From Bacilli bacterium (GTDB lineage Bacteria > Bacillota_I > Bacilli_A > RFN20 > CAG-826), in the NCBI GenBank assembly GCA_050874705.1, contig JBNMLE010000001.1, forward strand, positions 4,046 through 68,045: a DNA stretch of 64,000 nucleotides, given 5' to 3'. The translations under genes were made by a program, and so were the position numbers. The notes below the pieces were generated by a model that saw only the letters and a list, made by a program, of their open reading frames with translations, was not told the origin of the DNA and did not search any database. Positions 31,546 to 42,328 of this stretch are shown piece after piece. How positions within the stretch are numbered: the stretch's first letter is position 1; each line of letters begins with the position of its first letter.

Positions 31546-32556
31546 TTATTCTGGGATATAATCACGGAAACTTAAGCCGTTTTCAGCAAGTTTTTCCTTG
31601 ACTTCCTTAAGTGATTTTTTACCAAGATTTCTGACTTTCATCATTTCATCTTCGGTTTTTTGAGTGAGTTCCGCTACTGTAGAAATCGCGGCTCTCTTTA
31701 AGCAGTTATAGCTTCTAACAGAGAGATCGAGTTCTTCAATAGGAGTATTTTCAAATTTGTTTTCTTCAACTTTCACTTCTTCTTTGTTCATTGATAAATC
31801 TGCAACAGTTTTTTCAAGATCAACGAATGGTTCTAAGTTGAATATTAACATTTGAGCCGCTAAAGCAAGAGCGCGTTGTGGAAGCATACTTCCGTTTGTC
31901 CAAACTTCAATTGTTAAGCGGTCATATTTTGAATCGTGACCAACACGTGTTGGTTCAACACTGTAAGATGCACGAACAACTGGTGAATAATTAGAATCTG
32001 TAGCTATTGTAGCGCCTGCAGAACTAATAATTCTTTCTTTAGCTTGTGTGCGACTTGGTTTATTCGCATCACTAGTAACATATCCACGACCATTACGGGC
32101 ATAGATATTCATATTTAGCGAACCACCTTCGGCAACATGAGCAATAACGAGATCTTTATTGACAACACTTGTAAGAGCAGGAAGTTCTAAATCACCTGCT
32201 GTAACAACTTTTGGTCCTTTGACAGAAACTGTAAGAACTTTTGGTGCATTGTCATCGTCATCAATTTTAAGAACTAAGTCTTTTAAATTTAATACGATTC
32301 CTGTAACGTCTTCTTCAATGCCTGGAAGAGCAGAGAATTCATGTTGTGCTCCTTCAATTTCAACGCTATAAACGCTAGCGCCTGGAAGTGAAGAAAGTAA
32401 AATTCTACGAAGAGAATTACCGATTGTTAATCCATAGCCTCTTTCTAGAGGTTCAATGACGAATTTACCATAATTGGTAGTTTCATCAACTTTCGCGACT
32501 TTAAAGGAAGTTCGTTCGAATGGTTTTGCTAAATTTGACATAATTAGATCCTCCAA
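31546..32556 (-). CDS. rpoA: DNA-directed RNA polymerase subunit alpha
   Basis: 336 aa with N-terminal domain (NSLRRILLSS) and C-terminal domain. Lies between rpsK and rplQ. Confidence 0.95.
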   Translation of the reverse strand: MEDLIMSNLAKPFERTSFKVAKVDETTNYGKFVIEPLERGYGLTIGNSLRRILLSSLPGASVYSVEIEGAQHEFSALPGIEEDVTGIVLNLKDLVLKIDDDDNAPKVLTVSVKGPKVVTAGDLELPALTSVVNKDLVIAHVAEGGSLNMNIYARNGRGYVTSDANKPSRTQAKERIISSAGATIATDSNYSPVVRASYSVEPTRVGHDSKYDRLTIEVWTNGSMLPQRALALAAQMLIFNLEPFVDLEKTVADLSMNKEEVKVEENKFENTPIEELDLSVRSYNCLKRAAISTVAELTQKTEDEMMKVRNLGKKSLKEVKEKLAENGLSFRDYIPE

Positions 32557-32559
32557 ATA

Positions 32560-32949
32560 TTAGCCGCGTGGTCTTTTTGGTGGGCGGCATCCATTATGTG
32601 GTACTGGTGTAGTATCAGTAATGGAAAGAACTTGTAAGCCAGCTGTAGCAAGAGCGCGGACTGCGCTTTCACGACCAGGTCCTGGACCTTTAACGTTTAC
32701 GTCAACAGTGCGAAGACCTTGATCAAATGCTACTTTAGCAGCAGCTTCACCAGCTAATTGAGCGGCGAATGGTGTTGATTTTTTAGCGCCTTTGAAGCCT
32801 AATGCACCTGCTGAAGACCAAGAAATAACATTTCCTTGTTCATCAGAGATTGTAACGATTGTGTTATTGAAGGTGCTGTGGACATGCGCAGTTCCTTTGG
32901 TAAAAGCACGTTTAATTTTTTTCTTACGTGCAGTAGTTTTGGTTGCCAT
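32560..32949 (-). CDS. rpsK: 30S ribosomal protein S11
   Basis: 129 aa, S11 family. Confidence 0.95.
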   Translation of the reverse strand: MATKTTARKKKIKRAFTKGTAHVHSTFNNTIVTISDEQGNVISWSSAGALGFKGAKKSTPFAAQLAGEAAAKVAFDQGLRTVDVNVKGPGPGRESAVRALATAGLQVLSITDTTPVPHNGCRPPKRPRG

Positions 32950-32967
32950 GATACTATGCTCCTTTCA

Positions 32968-33345
32968 TTAACCTTGTGTCGCCACTTTCTTGTTGGCGAT
33001 GGTTTTACGTTTACCCTTACGAGTACGGGCATTTGTTCTTGTACGTTGTCCACGAACTGGTAAGCCTTTGCGGTGTCTCATACCACGGTAGCAACCAATT
33101 TCGGTTAAACGTTTGATATTTAAAGCGACTTCACGACGTAAGTCACCTTCAACTTTGTATTTTGCAATTTCTTGACGAAGAGCGGATAATTGTTCTTCTG
33201 TTAAATTCTTAACGCGAATATCTTCATCAACTTTTGCAGCTTTGCATATTTTACGGGCAGTTGTATTTCCGATACCAAAGATGTATGTGATGGAAACAAC
33301 AACGCGCTTATCATTTGGGATATCAACCCCGACAATACGTGCCAT
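32968..33345 (-). CDS. rpsM: 30S ribosomal protein S13
   Basis: [10 protein letters not shown] start, 125 aa. Confidence 0.95.
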   Translation of the reverse strand: MARIVGVDIPNDKRVVVSITYIFGIGNTTARKICKAAKVDEDIRVKNLTEEQLSALRQEIAKYKVEGDLRREVALNIKRLTEIGCYRGMRHRKGLPVRGQRTRTNARTRKGKRKTIANKKVATQG

Positions 33346-33368
33346 AAAATTTTGTTCCTCCTATTTAA

Positions 33369-33482
33369 TTAACCTTGGCGTTGTTTGTGCTTTGGATTTT
33401 CACAAATAACCATGATTTTGCCATGGCGTTTGATAACTTTGCACTTGTCGCACATAGGTTTGACTGAAGGTCGTACTTTCAT
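33369..33482 (-). CDS. rpmJ: 50S ribosomal protein L36
   Basis: Hand-translated: [37 protein letters not shown]. Below the ORF-track size cutoff. Confidence 0.9.
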   Translation of the reverse strand: MKVRPSVKPMCDKCKVIKRHGKIMVICENPKHKQRQG

Positions 33483-33512
33483 AAAATTTCCTCCAAGTAG
33501 CCATTGCTACAT

Positions 33513-33734
33513 TTAATTTTTGTATCTAAATGTGATACGCCCGCGTGTTAAATCATACGGTGAAATTTCGACGGTAACTCTATCGCCTGGTAAGATGCGA
33601 ATGTAATGCATGCGGATTTTACCAGAAACGCAGGCAAGAATTACGACGCCGTTTTCAAGCTTTACCTTAAACATTGCGTTTGGTAAAGTCTCAACGACAG
33701 TCGCTTCCACCTCGATGACGCCATCTTTTGCCAT
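33513..33734 (-). CDS. infA: Translation initiation factor IF-1
   Basis: 73 aa S1-like OB fold ([15 protein letters not shown]...). Confidence 0.93.
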   Translation of the reverse strand: MAKDGVIEVEATVVETLPNAMFKVKLENGVVILACVSGKIRMHYIRILPGDRVTVEISPYDLTRGRITFRYKN

Positions 33735-33749
33735 TAGAATATCCTCCTT

Positions 33750-34496
33750 TTACTTGGTTAGAATTTCATATCCATCCTTCGTAATAACGATGGAATTTTC
33801 ATAATGGCTAGATAATTTGCCATCTTTCATTCTTGCTGTCCAGCCATCTTTCATTACACGAACGGCGAAGTGCCCTTCGGCAACCATTGGTTCGATAGCA
33901 AGAGTCATACCCTCTTTGAGCACTGGGCCTGTGCCAGGAGCTCCATAATTTGGGATATAAGGATCTTCATGAAGATGAGAGCCAACCCCATGTCCAGTAT
34001 ATTCACGTGGAAGGGAATAACCACGCGATTCGCAATATTCTTGTATTGCGTGAGAAATATCACCTAAGTGAGCACCTGGACGAGCGTGCTTCACTCCTTC
34101 AAAGAAACTTTCTTCAGTAACTTTGATTAGACGAAGTGCTTTCTCCTGGCAAATTCCAACCGGGTAAGTGCGACAGGCATCGCCAACATAACCATTTAGA
34201 GTTGCACCAACGTCAACTGATACGATATCTCCTTCTTTGAGAATTCTGTGTTTGGAAGGAATTCCATGCACGAGTTCATCATTGACTGAGACACATACAG
34301 CACCTGGATATCCTTGATAATTTAAGAAGGTTGGATAGGCACCATTGTCCCTAATAATCTTCTCGCACATATCAGCGATATCTTGTGTGCTTAGGCCAGG
34401 CTTGATCTTGTCTTCAATACCCTTAAATACGAGTCCGACAACATGACCAGCCTTGGCCATTAGTTCTATTTCTCTTTGCGATTTTATGATGATCAC
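33750..34496 (-). CDS. map: Methionine aminopeptidase type I
   Basis: 248 aa with metal-ligand D/D/H/E/E pattern (DVGATLNGY, HGVGSHLHE). Confidence 0.93.
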   Translation of the reverse strand: MIIIKSQREIELMAKAGHVVGLVFKGIEDKIKPGLSTQDIADMCEKIIRDNGAYPTFLNYQGYPGAVCVSVNDELVHGIPSKHRILKEGDIVSVDVGATLNGYVGDACRTYPVGICQEKALRLIKVTEESFFEGVKHARPGAHLGDISHAIQEYCESRGYSLPREYTGHGVGSHLHEDPYIPNYGAPGTGPVLKEGMTLAIEPMVAEGHFAVRVMKDGWTARMKDGKLSSHYENSIVITKDGYEILTK

Positions 34497-34499
34497 AAA

Positions 34500-35153
34500 T
34501 TAAGCCTCCAGGATTTTTTCGATATCATCCATAAGAGCATCTACACCTTTTTTGCCGTCTAATGTGTGCACAAGCCCTTTCTTTTCATAATATTCAAGAA
34601 GAGGTTTGGTTTGCTTGTCATAATGAGCAAGACGAACTTCAAGAGCTTCTTTATTGTCGTCTGGGCGTTGAACAAGTTCTCCACCACAGATATCACAAAT
34701 ACCAGGTACTTTTGGTTTACGAGTTTCTTTGTGATATGGAGCGCCACAATTTTTGCAAACAAGGCGACCGGTAATACGACGAATAAGTTCTTCTTTTGGA
34801 GTGTCAATGCTTATGACAACAGAGATTTCACGACCAATTTCGGCAGCAAGTTTATCGAGAGCTTCTGCTTGAGGAATTGTTCTTGGAAATCCATCAAGAA
34901 GATAACCGTTTGCGCAGTCATCTTTTGAAAGTCTTTCTTTAACAAGACCAATCGTGACATCATCTGGAACCAAATGACCGTCATTAATATACTTCTTGGC
35001 AAGTAAACCTAGAGGTGTTCCCTCTTCCATTGCCTCGCGGAACATATCTCCTGTAGAAATATGTGGTATATTGTATCTCGCGATAATTTTCTTTGCTTGA
35101 GTTCCTTTACCTGCTCCAGGTGGACCCATAATAATCATGTTAAGTTTTTTCAT
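34500..35153 (-). CDS. adk: Adenylate kinase
   Basis: GPPGAGKGT P-loop and a Zn lid (CKNCGAPYH...CDICGGEL). Confidence 0.95.
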   Translation of the reverse strand: MKKLNMIIMGPPGAGKGTQAKKIIARYNIPHISTGDMFREAMEEGTPLGLLAKKYINDGHLVPDDVTIGLVKERLSKDDCANGYLLDGFPRTIPQAEALDKLAAEIGREISVVISIDTPKEELIRRITGRLVCKNCGAPYHKETRKPKVPGICDICGGELVQRPDDNKEALEVRLAHYDKQTKPLLEYYEKKGLVHTLDGKKGVDALMDDIEKILEA

Positions 35154-35155
35154 AA

Positions 35156-36526
35156 TTATCCCCTTCCGGCTGTTGCTTGAACTTCATCAAATGTTTTTCC
35201 AGCAAGCAAGCCATCAATTTGATTCATAATTTCGATTGAAACACCAACGGCGATGATAAGACCTGTTCCCCCAATAGCGAGAGAAGAGTTGCTACCAAAT
35301 ATGCCTGATAATGTAAGAATAACTGGTAATGCAGCGATAAATGCAAGTGCAATAGCACCAATACATGTCACGCGATTAACAACTTTCTTAACATATCTTT
35401 CTGTTTCATTACCAGGACGAATACCTGGAATGTAAGAACCGTTTTTACGGAAGTTTTCCGCAAGAGTTTCAGGATCAATTTGAATCGATGCATAGAAGAA
35501 TGCAAAGAGTAGGATGAGAGTTATATAAATTAATAACCCCCAAGGCATTTCCCAAGTGGAACCGTCAAACCACGGCATCGTGAAGGTTTCACTAATTGAG
35601 AATATTTTTAGCCATTCTGCACTTGTATCACTTGTAATAAATGAAGCGATAACACTTGGTGCCATCAATATTGATGACGCAAAGATTACAGGAATGACAC
35701 CGGCGGAATTTAATTTGATAGGCAAGAAGCTAGCTTTTGCCATCGAAGATGTTTGTCCGCCGCTTTTTCCGCTATGTTGAACTGGAATTTTTCTAACTGA
35801 CAATTCAATGAATACAACGAATGCAAGAATTAATAAGAAAGCAAGAATATATAATGCGAATTGGAACGAACCTTTAACTAAGGCTGTTGTTTCTTTATAC
35901 ATCTCTCCTGTTCCTATCCATCTCTTGAAGGCTGTAGAGATTTGAATTGGAAGACTTCTAATACATCCAGCAAAAATAATAACGGAAATACCATTTCCAA
36001 GACCTTTTTCAGTGATTTGGTCACCTAGCCACATTACTGTCATAGCTCCTGCGAGCATAAGTGTAACAATGTAGGCATATGTCCAGAAATTAAGTTCCAT
36101 GTTAATAGCGATATATTCACTATTTTCCATGGTTTTGATTATGCCATATGCTTGGACAGCTCCAAGCATTAAGGTCAAGTATCTTGTTGCCATCTCAGTT
36201 TTCTTTCTACCATATTGACCTTGTTTTGTAAGTTCAGTTAAGGCAGGAAGAACATCCTTTTGTAAAAGTTGGATGATAATCTGAGCGGTAATATATGGAG
36301 ATACTCCGAGAGCGAAGATGGAGAAATTTGATAATGCACCACCTCCGAGGAGATCCATAAGAGCAACTGCGTTTGCACTGCTAAGCGCATCCGAGAAGTC
36401 GCCCTGTGGTGTTACTCCTGGAACGGTAATCGCCGCACCAATACGGATAACAAGAAGAATCATAAGCGTAAAGAAAATACGATTTACGATTTCTTTGTTT
36501 TTGAAGATTGAGGCGATTTTTTTCAT
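35156..36526 (-). CDS. secY: Preprotein translocase subunit SecY
   Basis: 456 aa with 10 transmembrane segments, located between rplO and adk. Confidence 0.95.
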   Translation of the reverse strand: MKKIASIFKNKEIVNRIFFTLMILLVIRIGAAITVPGVTPQGDFSDALSSANAVALMDLLGGGALSNFSIFALGVSPYITAQIIIQLLQKDVLPALTELTKQGQYGRKKTEMATRYLTLMLGAVQAYGIIKTMENSEYIAINMELNFWTYAYIVTLMLAGAMTVMWLGDQITEKGLGNGISVIIFAGCIRSLPIQISTAFKRWIGTGEMYKETTALVKGSFQFALYILAFLLILAFVVFIELSVRKIPVQHSGKSGGQTSSMAKASFLPIKLNSAGVIPVIFASSILMAPSVIASFITSDTSAEWLKIFSISETFTMPWFDGSTWEMPWGLLIYITLILLFAFFYASIQIDPETLAENFRKNGSYIPGIRPGNETERYVKKVVNRVTCIGAIALAFIAALPVILTLSGIFGSNSSLAIGGTGLIIAVGVSIEIMNQIDGLLAGKTFDEVQATAGRG

Positions 36527-36529
36527 AAA

Positions 36530-36970
36530 TTAGAGTACCTCAACAGTTCCACCAGCATCAACGATTGCTTTTTCAGCACTCTTGGAGAACTTATTTGCTT
36601 TAACAGTAAGTTTGGCTTTAAGTTCGCCATTACCGAGAATTTTAATTCCGTCATATTCTTTTTTGACGAGACCTTTTTCGATTAATAATGCTGGAGTAAC
36701 AACTGTGCCATCTTTAAACATATTTAAACTTGAAATGTTAACGATAGCATATTCGACATGAGAACTATTTTTGAAACCAAATTTAGGAAGACGACGATAT
36801 AAAGGAGTTTGTCCACCTTCAAATCCTGGGGCTTTTAAACCACCGGAACGAGATTTTTGTCCTTTATTACCAGTACCGGAGTTTTTACCGTTACCAGATC
36901 CAACGCCACGACCCTTGCGGTAAGATTTTGTCTTAGCGCCTTTGGCATGTTCGAGTTCATTAAGTTTCAT
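36530..36970 (-). CDS. rplO: 50S ribosomal protein L15
   Basis: 146 aa with Gly/Lys-rich N-terminus. Confidence 0.93.
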   Translation of the reverse strand: MKLNELEHAKGAKTKSYRKGRGVGSGNGKNSGTGNKGQKSRSGGLKAPGFEGGQTPLYRRLPKFGFKNSSHVEYAIVNISSLNMFKDGTVVTPALLIEKGLVKKEYDGIKILGNGELKAKLTVKANKFSKSAEKAIVDAGGTVEVL

Positions 36971-37012
36971 AATTGCACCTCCCTTAAATTTATTTTTGGT
37001 GTTTGCTAGTTA

Positions 37013-37657
37013 TTATTTATTTTCAGCTTTGCCACGAAGTGTTTGAACTTCGGCATAAGATTTTAAACCAGTTAAACCATTTGTGGTTGCACGGATAATA
37101 TTGATTGGAGCACGTGAACCATATACTTTTGAAGTGACATTACGAATTCCGGCGAGTTCGAGAATAGCACGAACTGGACCACCAGCGATAATTCCTGTAC
37201 CTTCAGGAGCTGGTTTGAGGAATACGTGGCAAGCACCGAAGTTTCCAACTGTTTCATGGGCAATTGTTGCGCCTTTCTTAACAATATGGATTTCGAATGT
37301 GTTGCGTTTTGCTGCTTCAAGAGCTTTCTTAATTGCATCTGGGACTTCAGCGGCTTTTCCGGTTCCAAATCCGAATTTGCCTTTCTTATTTCCGATGACA
37401 ACTAATGCGGAGAAGCGCATTCTACGACCACCTTTGACGGTTTTAGCAATACGATTGATGTCGACAACGACTTCTTCGTATTCTTTTGGTTCGTCAGCGC
37501 GTGGACGACGGCCACCTTTGCGATCATCACGACGACCGCGTGGGCGATCACCATGTGGGCGGTTTTCTTTCTTTTCAGGAGCAACTTCAGGAGCAGCTTC
37601 TTTTTTAACTTCTTCAGCTTTTGGAGCTTCAGGGGTATTTACTACTTTTTCTTCCAT
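37013..37657 (-). CDS. rpsE: 30S ribosomal protein S5 with about 48-aa basic K/E/P/R-rich N-terminal extension
   Basis: The S5 core begins around [21 protein letters not shown]. Extension: [64 protein letters not shown] upstream of the ATG at 37657. Confidence 0.93.
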   Translation of the reverse strand: MEEKVVNTPEAPKAEEVKKEAAPEVAPEKKENRPHGDRPRGRRDDRKGGRRPRADEPKEYEEVVVDINRIAKTVKGGRRMRFSALVVIGNKKGKFGFGTGKAAEVPDAIKKALEAAKRNTFEIHIVKKGATIAHETVGNFGACHVFLKPAPEGTGIIAGGPVRAILELAGIRNVTSKVYGSRAPINIIRATTNGLTGLKSYAEVQTLRGKAENK

Positions 37658-37668
37658 GTTTGTTCTCC

Positions 37669-38025
37669 TTAGAATTTTAATCCGCCTTCACGAGCGGCAT
37701 CAGCAAGAGCTGCGACGCGACCATGATAGACATAACCACCACGATCGAATACAACCTTGTCAATGTTTTTAGCTAAACATTTTTTAGCAACTTCAGCACC
37801 AACTAATTTTGCTGCATCAATGTTGCTTCCATTTTCAAGTTTCATTGCAACGCTTGAAGCGGCGGCTAATGTAACACCTTTAGTGTCATCAATAACTTGG
37901 CATTCAATGTGTTTATTTGAACGGAAGACAACAAGACGTGGGCAATCAGGAGTGCCAGAGATTTTTGCACGAACACGAGCGTGTTTGCGAACGCGGATTG
38001 CGTTTTTAGATTCTTTTTTAATCAT
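37669..38025 (-). CDS. rplR: 50S ribosomal protein L18
   Basis: 118 aa, L18 family. Confidence 0.93.
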   Translation of the reverse strand: MIKKESKNAIRVRKHARVRAKISGTPDCPRLVVFRSNKHIECQVIDDTKGVTLAAASSVAMKLENGSNIDAAKLVGAEVAKKCLAKNIDKVVFDRGGYVYHGRVAALADAAREGGLKF

Positions 38026-38042
38026 AATACTACTTCACTCCT

Positions 38043-38588
38043 TTACTTACCAGCACCAGCGCGTTTACCTTCCTTACGGATGATATGTTCGCCTTTATAC
38101 ATGACACCTTTACCATTATAAGGTTCTGGTTCACGAGTTGCACGAATCAATGCTGCTGTTTGGCCAACTGCTTGTTTGGAAATACCTTCAACAACAATTT
38201 CAGTTGCGGATTTGCAAGAAATCTTTGAATTTGGTTCTGGTTTAATGACGATTTCATGAGAATAACCAACGTTCATGACGATTGAGTCGCCTCTCATGCT
38301 AGCACGATAACCAATACCAACGATAACGAGTTCCTTTACAAAGCCATGTGTAACACCGACGATTGCGTCATTGAGGTTTGCACGAGTTGTACCATGTAAT
38401 TGTTTTGTGTGCTTTTCTTCATTATGACGTGAGCAATGAATTTCATTATTTTCAATTTTCACATCAATAACTTCAGGAATTCTAACAGTAAGTGAACCCT
38501 TAGGTCCTTTAACTGTCATAATTTCACCATTTTTTTCAAATGTAACGCCTTCTGGGACTTTGATAACTTTTAAACCAATTCTTGACAT
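38043..38588 (-). CDS. rplF: 50S ribosomal protein L6
   Basis: Start set to ATG 38588 (MSRIGLK). The ORF-track start is a TTG. Confidence 0.92.
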   Translation of the reverse strand: MSRIGLKVIKVPEGVTFEKNGEIMTVKGPKGSLTVRIPEVIDVKIENNEIHCSRHNEEKHTKQLHGTTRANLNDAIVGVTHGFVKELVIVGIGYRASMRGDSIVMNVGYSHEIVIKPEPNSKISCKSATEIVVEGISKQAVGQTAALIRATREPEPYNGKGVMYKGEHIIRKEGKRAGAGK

Positions 38589-38593
38589 AATAA

Positions 38594-38986
38594 TTACCAA
38601 ACGTAAGCAAGTACTTCACCACCAACACCTAATGTGCGAGCAGTTTTATCGCTTACGACTCCTTTACTTGTAGAAATAATGGCGACACCAAGACCTCCAA
38701 GAACACGTGGAAGCTTATCAGCTTTGACGTTAACGCGAAGACCTGGTTTTGAAATTTTCTTTAAATTTGTGATAATACGTGTTCCGTTTGGAGCGTATTT
38801 CAAGGAAATGGTAAGAACTTTCTTAACATCACCTTCGACTTTGAAATCACTGATGAATCCTTCATCGAGAAGAATTCTGGCGATTTCGACTTTCATTTTG
38901 CTTGATGGCATGCTAACAGAGGCATAACGTAATGCATTAGCGTTACGAATTCTGGTGAGCATATCTGCAATTGGATCTGTCATCAT
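38594..38986 (-). CDS. rpsH: 30S ribosomal protein S8
   Basis: [17 protein letters not shown]-terminus. Confidence 0.95.
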   Translation of the reverse strand: MMTDPIADMLTRIRNANALRYASVSMPSSKMKVEIARILLDEGFISDFKVEGDVKKVLTISLKYAPNGTRIITNLKKISKPGLRVNVKADKLPRVLGGLGVAIISTSKGVVSDKTARTLGVGGEVLAYVW

Positions 38987-39004
38987 AATTATTTTACCTC
39001 CTTA

Positions 39005-39190
39005 TTACCAAGATGATTTCTTCATACCTGGAATTTCGCCTTTATAGGCTAATTCACGAAGGCAGACACGACATAAATGAAATTTTGAATAGACAGAGTG
39101 AGGACGTCCACAACGTTCACAACGAGTATATTCACGAACTTTGAACTTTTTAGGTCTTGCACATTTGACCTTCATACTAGTTTTTGCCAT
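39005..39190 (-). CDS. rpsN: 30S ribosomal protein S14 type Z (zinc-binding, 61 aa)
   Basis: CERCGRPH...CRVC Zn ribbon, 61 aa. Confidence 0.93.
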   Translation of the reverse strand: MAKTSMKVKCARPKKFKVREYTRCERCGRPHSVYSKFHLCRVCLRELAYKGEIPGMKKSSW

Positions 39191-39205
39191 TGTATGTTCC
39201 TCCTA

Positions 39206-39934
39206 TTATCTATGGAATGGCATTCCTAAGGCTTCAAGTAAGCTATAGGCTTCTTCATCAGTCTTTGCAGATGTTACAACGACGATGTCCATTCCTCTAA
39301 TTTTGCTGACCTTATCATAGTCAATTTCTGGGAAGATAAGTTGTTCTTTGACGCCAAGAGTGTAATTACCATGACCATCAAATGCATTCTTACTTACACC
39401 ACGGAAGTCTCTAACACGTGGAAGTGCGATTGAGACGAGACGATCGTAGAATTCGTACATGCGAACACCACGAAGTGTGACTTTGCAACCAATTGCTTGT
39501 CCTTCACGAAGTTTGAATGTAGCGATTGATTTTTTGGCTTTTGTTGTAACTGGGTGTTGACCAGTAATAAGACCAAGTTCATTAACGCTTTCTTCGAGAA
39601 GTTTGGCGTTGCTAATTGCTTCACCGACACCGATATTGATAACGATTTTTTCAAGATGTGGAACTTCCATTATTGATTTATAATGGTATTTTTCCATTAA
39701 TGCTTTCTTGACTTCGTTTTCATATTTGTCGAGAAGTCTTGTTGATTCTTTACGAACCTTGTTTCCTGTGGAAACTTTTTTAGCTGGAGCTTTTTTTGCT
39801 GGAGCAGCTTCAACTTTTGTTTCAACTACTTCTTCAGCAACTTTTTTAGCTGGAGCTTTTTTAGTAGCAGGTTTAGAAGCAGCAGCTTTCTTGACTGCTG
39901 CAGACTTTGCTGCAGGTTTCTTTGTTTCTGCCAT
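39206..39934 (-). CDS. rplE: 50S ribosomal protein L5 with about 63-aa Lys/Ala/Pro-rich N-terminal extension
   Basis: The L5 core ([21 protein letters not shown]...) is preceded by [35 protein letters not shown]... AGGAGG lies 8 nt upstream of the ATG at 39934, and the gap to rplX is only 11 nt. Confidence 0.93.
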   Translation of the reverse strand: MAETKKPAAKSAAVKKAAASKPATKKAPAKKVAEEVVETKVEAAPAKKAPAKKVSTGNKVRKESTRLLDKYENEVKKALMEKYHYKSIMEVPHLEKIVINIGVGEAISNAKLLEESVNELGLITGQHPVTTKAKKSIATFKLREGQAIGCKVTLRGVRMYEFYDRLVSIALPRVRDFRGVSKNAFDGHGNYTLGVKEQLIFPEIDYDKVSKIRGMDIVVVTSAKTDEEAYSLLEALGMPFHR

Positions 39935-39945
39935 GACGCTTCCTC

Positions 39946-40254
39946 CTAGTTAAGTTTGCTTCCGCTGGCTTTGGAGATACGGACTTTTTTGCCCTTTTCT
40001 TCTTTATATCCTACGCGTGAAGCTTTTTTGGTTTTTGGATCAACGATAGCAACATTGCTAGCATCGATTGGGACATACATATCAACTACTGAACCTTCTG
40101 GGTTATTTTGAGTTGGTTTTTTGTGTTCTTTATGAACGTTAACACCTTCAACAACGACTTTGTTAAGCTTAGGATAAACCGCTTGAACGATTCCTTCTTT
40201 GCCTTTGTCGCTGCCTGCGATAACGACAACTTTATCACCTTTTAAGATTTTCAT
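39946..40254 (-). CDS. rplX: 50S ribosomal protein L24
   Basis: KOW motif ([17 protein letters not shown]). Confidence 0.93.
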   Translation of the reverse strand: MKILKGDKVVVIAGSDKGKEGIVQAVYPKLNKVVVEGVNVHKEHKKPTQNNPEGSVVDMYVPIDASNVAIVDPKTKKASRVGYKEEKGKKVRISKASGSKLN

Positions 40255-40266
40255 ATGGTGTCCTCC

Positions 40267-40641
40267 TTATAGAACTTCACTAGCAAGGGAGATGATCTTC
40301 ATAGCACCTTCACCTTTTTCACGAAGTTCTCTTGCCACTGGTCCGAAGACACGTGTTCCAACTGGAGTGCCTTCATTATCGATGAGAACAACAGCATTAT
40401 CATCAAATGCGATTGTTGAACCATCTGGACGGTTGATGGCGTGTTTTGTACGAATGATGATACCTTTAACGATATCAGATTTTTTAACACGACCATTTGG
40501 AGTGGCTTCCTTGACAGCACATGTGACGATGTCACCAATACCGCAAGATTTACGATTGCTTCCACCTTTTAAGCGGAAGACTCTTACTGAACGTGCACCG
40601 CTGTTATCGGCGACAACAAGATTTGTTTCATTTTGAATCAT
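40267..40641 (-). CDS. rplN: 50S ribosomal protein L14
   Basis: [17 protein letters not shown]-terminus. Confidence 0.95.
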   Translation of the reverse strand: MIQNETNLVVADNSGARSVRVFRLKGGSNRKSCGIGDIVTCAVKEATPNGRVKKSDIVKGIIIRTKHAINRPDGSTIAFDDNAVVLIDNEGTPVGTRVFGPVARELREKGEGAMKIISLASEVL

Positions 40642-40655
40642 ATTTTGTTTCCTCC

Positions 40656-40997
40656 TTATTCAGCTTTTGCATCGTTAGCGACTTCTTCATTAGCACCGCT
40701 TTGTTCTTCAAGAGCAAGTTCGGCTTCAGCAACTTTAATGGAAACTTGAGCTTTCTTGTCAACGCTAACAAGACGGAAACGTTTAAGAGCGCTTAATGGA
40801 CGGCAAGCCATGATTGTAACTGTATCACCAACATGTGCTTCGCCTTTTTCATCGTGTGCATAATATTTATTAGAATATTTAACACGTTTTGAATATTTGG
40901 CATGTTTTTTGTGAGTTTCGACTTCAACGACAATGGTTTTAGCCATTTTGTCAGATACGACAACACCTTGAAGTGATGTTCTTCTATTTCTTTCCAT
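40656..40997 (-). CDS. rpsQ: 30S ribosomal protein S17 with about 30-aa acidic C-terminal extension
   Basis: The S17 core ends around LVSVDKKA. The tail is [31 protein letters not shown]. Confidence 0.9.
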   Translation of the reverse strand: MERNRRTSLQGVVVSDKMAKTIVVEVETHKKHAKYSKRVKYSNKYYAHDEKGEAHVGDTVTIMACRPLSALKRFRLVSVDKKAQVSIKVAEAELALEEQSGANEEVANDAKAE

Positions 40998-41010
40998 TGG
41001 TCAATCCTCC

Positions 41011-41208
41011 TTATTTAATGCCAAGTTCGCGTTCGCGTTTAACCATATAGGCACGAGCGATATCTTTGCGAACTCTTCTTACATCTTCACCGTGTTCAAG
41101 TTGACCGACAGCTTTTTTACGACGAAGATTGAATAATTCTTCTTTGAGGGAGTAAATTTTTTCATTGAGCTCTTCATTAGTGAGTTCACGTAATTCTTTA
41201 ACTTTCAT
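41011..41208 (-). CDS. rpmC: 50S ribosomal protein L29
   Basis: 65 aa, L29 family. Confidence 0.9.
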   Translation of the reverse strand: MKVKELRELTNEELNEKIYSLKEELFNLRRKKAVGQLEHGEDVRRVRKDIARAYMVKRERELGIK

Positions 41209-41625
41209 TTACTTTTCCTCCTTTTTTGCAATAACTTTGCAGCGGCATGGAAGCTTATAAGCGGCTAAACGGAGTGCTTCACGAGCATCTGCTTCATTTA
41301 CACCACCCATTTCAAACATGACTCTGCCAGTTTTGACAACGGCGACCCAGTTTTCTGGATTACCTTTACCGGAACCCATACGGACTTCGGCTGGTTTTTT
41401 AGTTTTTGCAAGGTGTGGGAATATGCGAACATAAACCTTACCTTCTTTTCTTGTGTATCTAGAGAGAACAATACGAGCAGCTTCGATTTGACGATCTGTT
41501 ACCCATGCTCCAGTTACAGCTTGAAGACCGAATTCTCCGAAGCTAACTTCGTTTCCACCTTTAGAAAGGCCTTCATATTTAATACCATGTGGACGACGGT
41601 ATTTAACTCTTTTTGGTTGCAACAT
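41209..41625 (-). CDS. rplP: 50S ribosomal protein L16
   Basis: [12 protein letters not shown]-terminus. Confidence 0.95.
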   Translation of the reverse strand: MLQPKRVKYRRPHGIKYEGLSKGGNEVSFGEFGLQAVTGAWVTDRQIEAARIVLSRYTRKEGKVYVRIFPHLAKTKKPAEVRMGSGKGNPENWVAVVKTGRVMFEMGGVNEADAREALRLAAYKLPCRCKVIAKKEEK

Positions 41626-41626
41626 A

Positions 41627-42316
41627 TTATTTTGCTCCCTTCATAGAATCTTTTCTATCGTTCTTTTGCTCATCTTTTGCATTGTCGCTGCGGCAAATCC
41701 AAACCTTAACACCTAAACGGCCATAAGGAGTAACTGCTTCAGCATTTGCAAAGTCGATGTTTGAACGAAGTGTTGTTAGAGGGACAATACCTTCTTTATA
41801 ACCTTCGCTACGAGCGATATCAGCACCGCCTAAACGGCCAGAGACCATTGTACGGCAACCTTTAGCGCCAGCTTTACGAACGCGTTGAATTGCTTTCTTT
41901 TGTGCTGTTCTAAATGAAGCACGATTTTCAAGTTCAGTAGCAATCCATTGTGCGACAAGTGATGCATCTAAGTCAGGATTTTTGACTTCAACAACATTCA
42001 CTGACACATTTGAACCTTTGACAATTTTAGAAAGATCTTTTTTGATCTTTTCAACGTTTTTGCCATCTTGTCCGATAATGACACCTGGACGGGCTGTGAA
42101 GATCATAACCTTGACATCGTGTCCTTTATCGTTTTTGCTTCTTTCAATTTCAACGTGTGAAATGAGAGCATCTTTTAGATTCTTTGTAACATATTTACGA
42201 ACCTTGATATCTTCGTGAAGGAATTTAGCGTATTCTTGATCGTTCGCAAACCAACGTGAATGCCAATCGCGATTGATGCCAACACGCATACCAACTGGAC
42301 TAACTTTTTGACCCAT
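41627..42316 (-). CDS. rpsC: 30S ribosomal protein S3
   Basis: [14 protein letters not shown]-terminus with KH domain. Confidence 0.95.
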   Translation of the reverse strand: MGQKVSPVGMRVGINRDWHSRWFANDQEYAKFLHEDIKVRKYVTKNLKDALISHVEIERSKNDKGHDVKVMIFTARPGVIIGQDGKNVEKIKKDLSKIVKGSNVSVNVVEVKNPDLDASLVAQWIATELENRASFRTAQKKAIQRVRKAGAKGCRTMVSGRLGGADIARSEGYKEGIVPLTTLRSNIDFANAEAVTPYGRLGVKVWICRSDNAKDEQKNDRKDSMKGAK

Positions 42317-42328
42317 TGTACTTTCCTC

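Noticed and set aside
37083-37772. 229-aa plus-strand ORF (Arg/Pro/Ser-rich) antisense to rpsE/rplR. Similar plus-strand ORFs at 39708..39953 and 42480..42878.
   Set aside because: They are antisense to well-supported ribosomal genes and fall exactly over the locally GC-rich K/A/P-coding repeats. Their composition is low-complexity, a frame artefact with no RBS.
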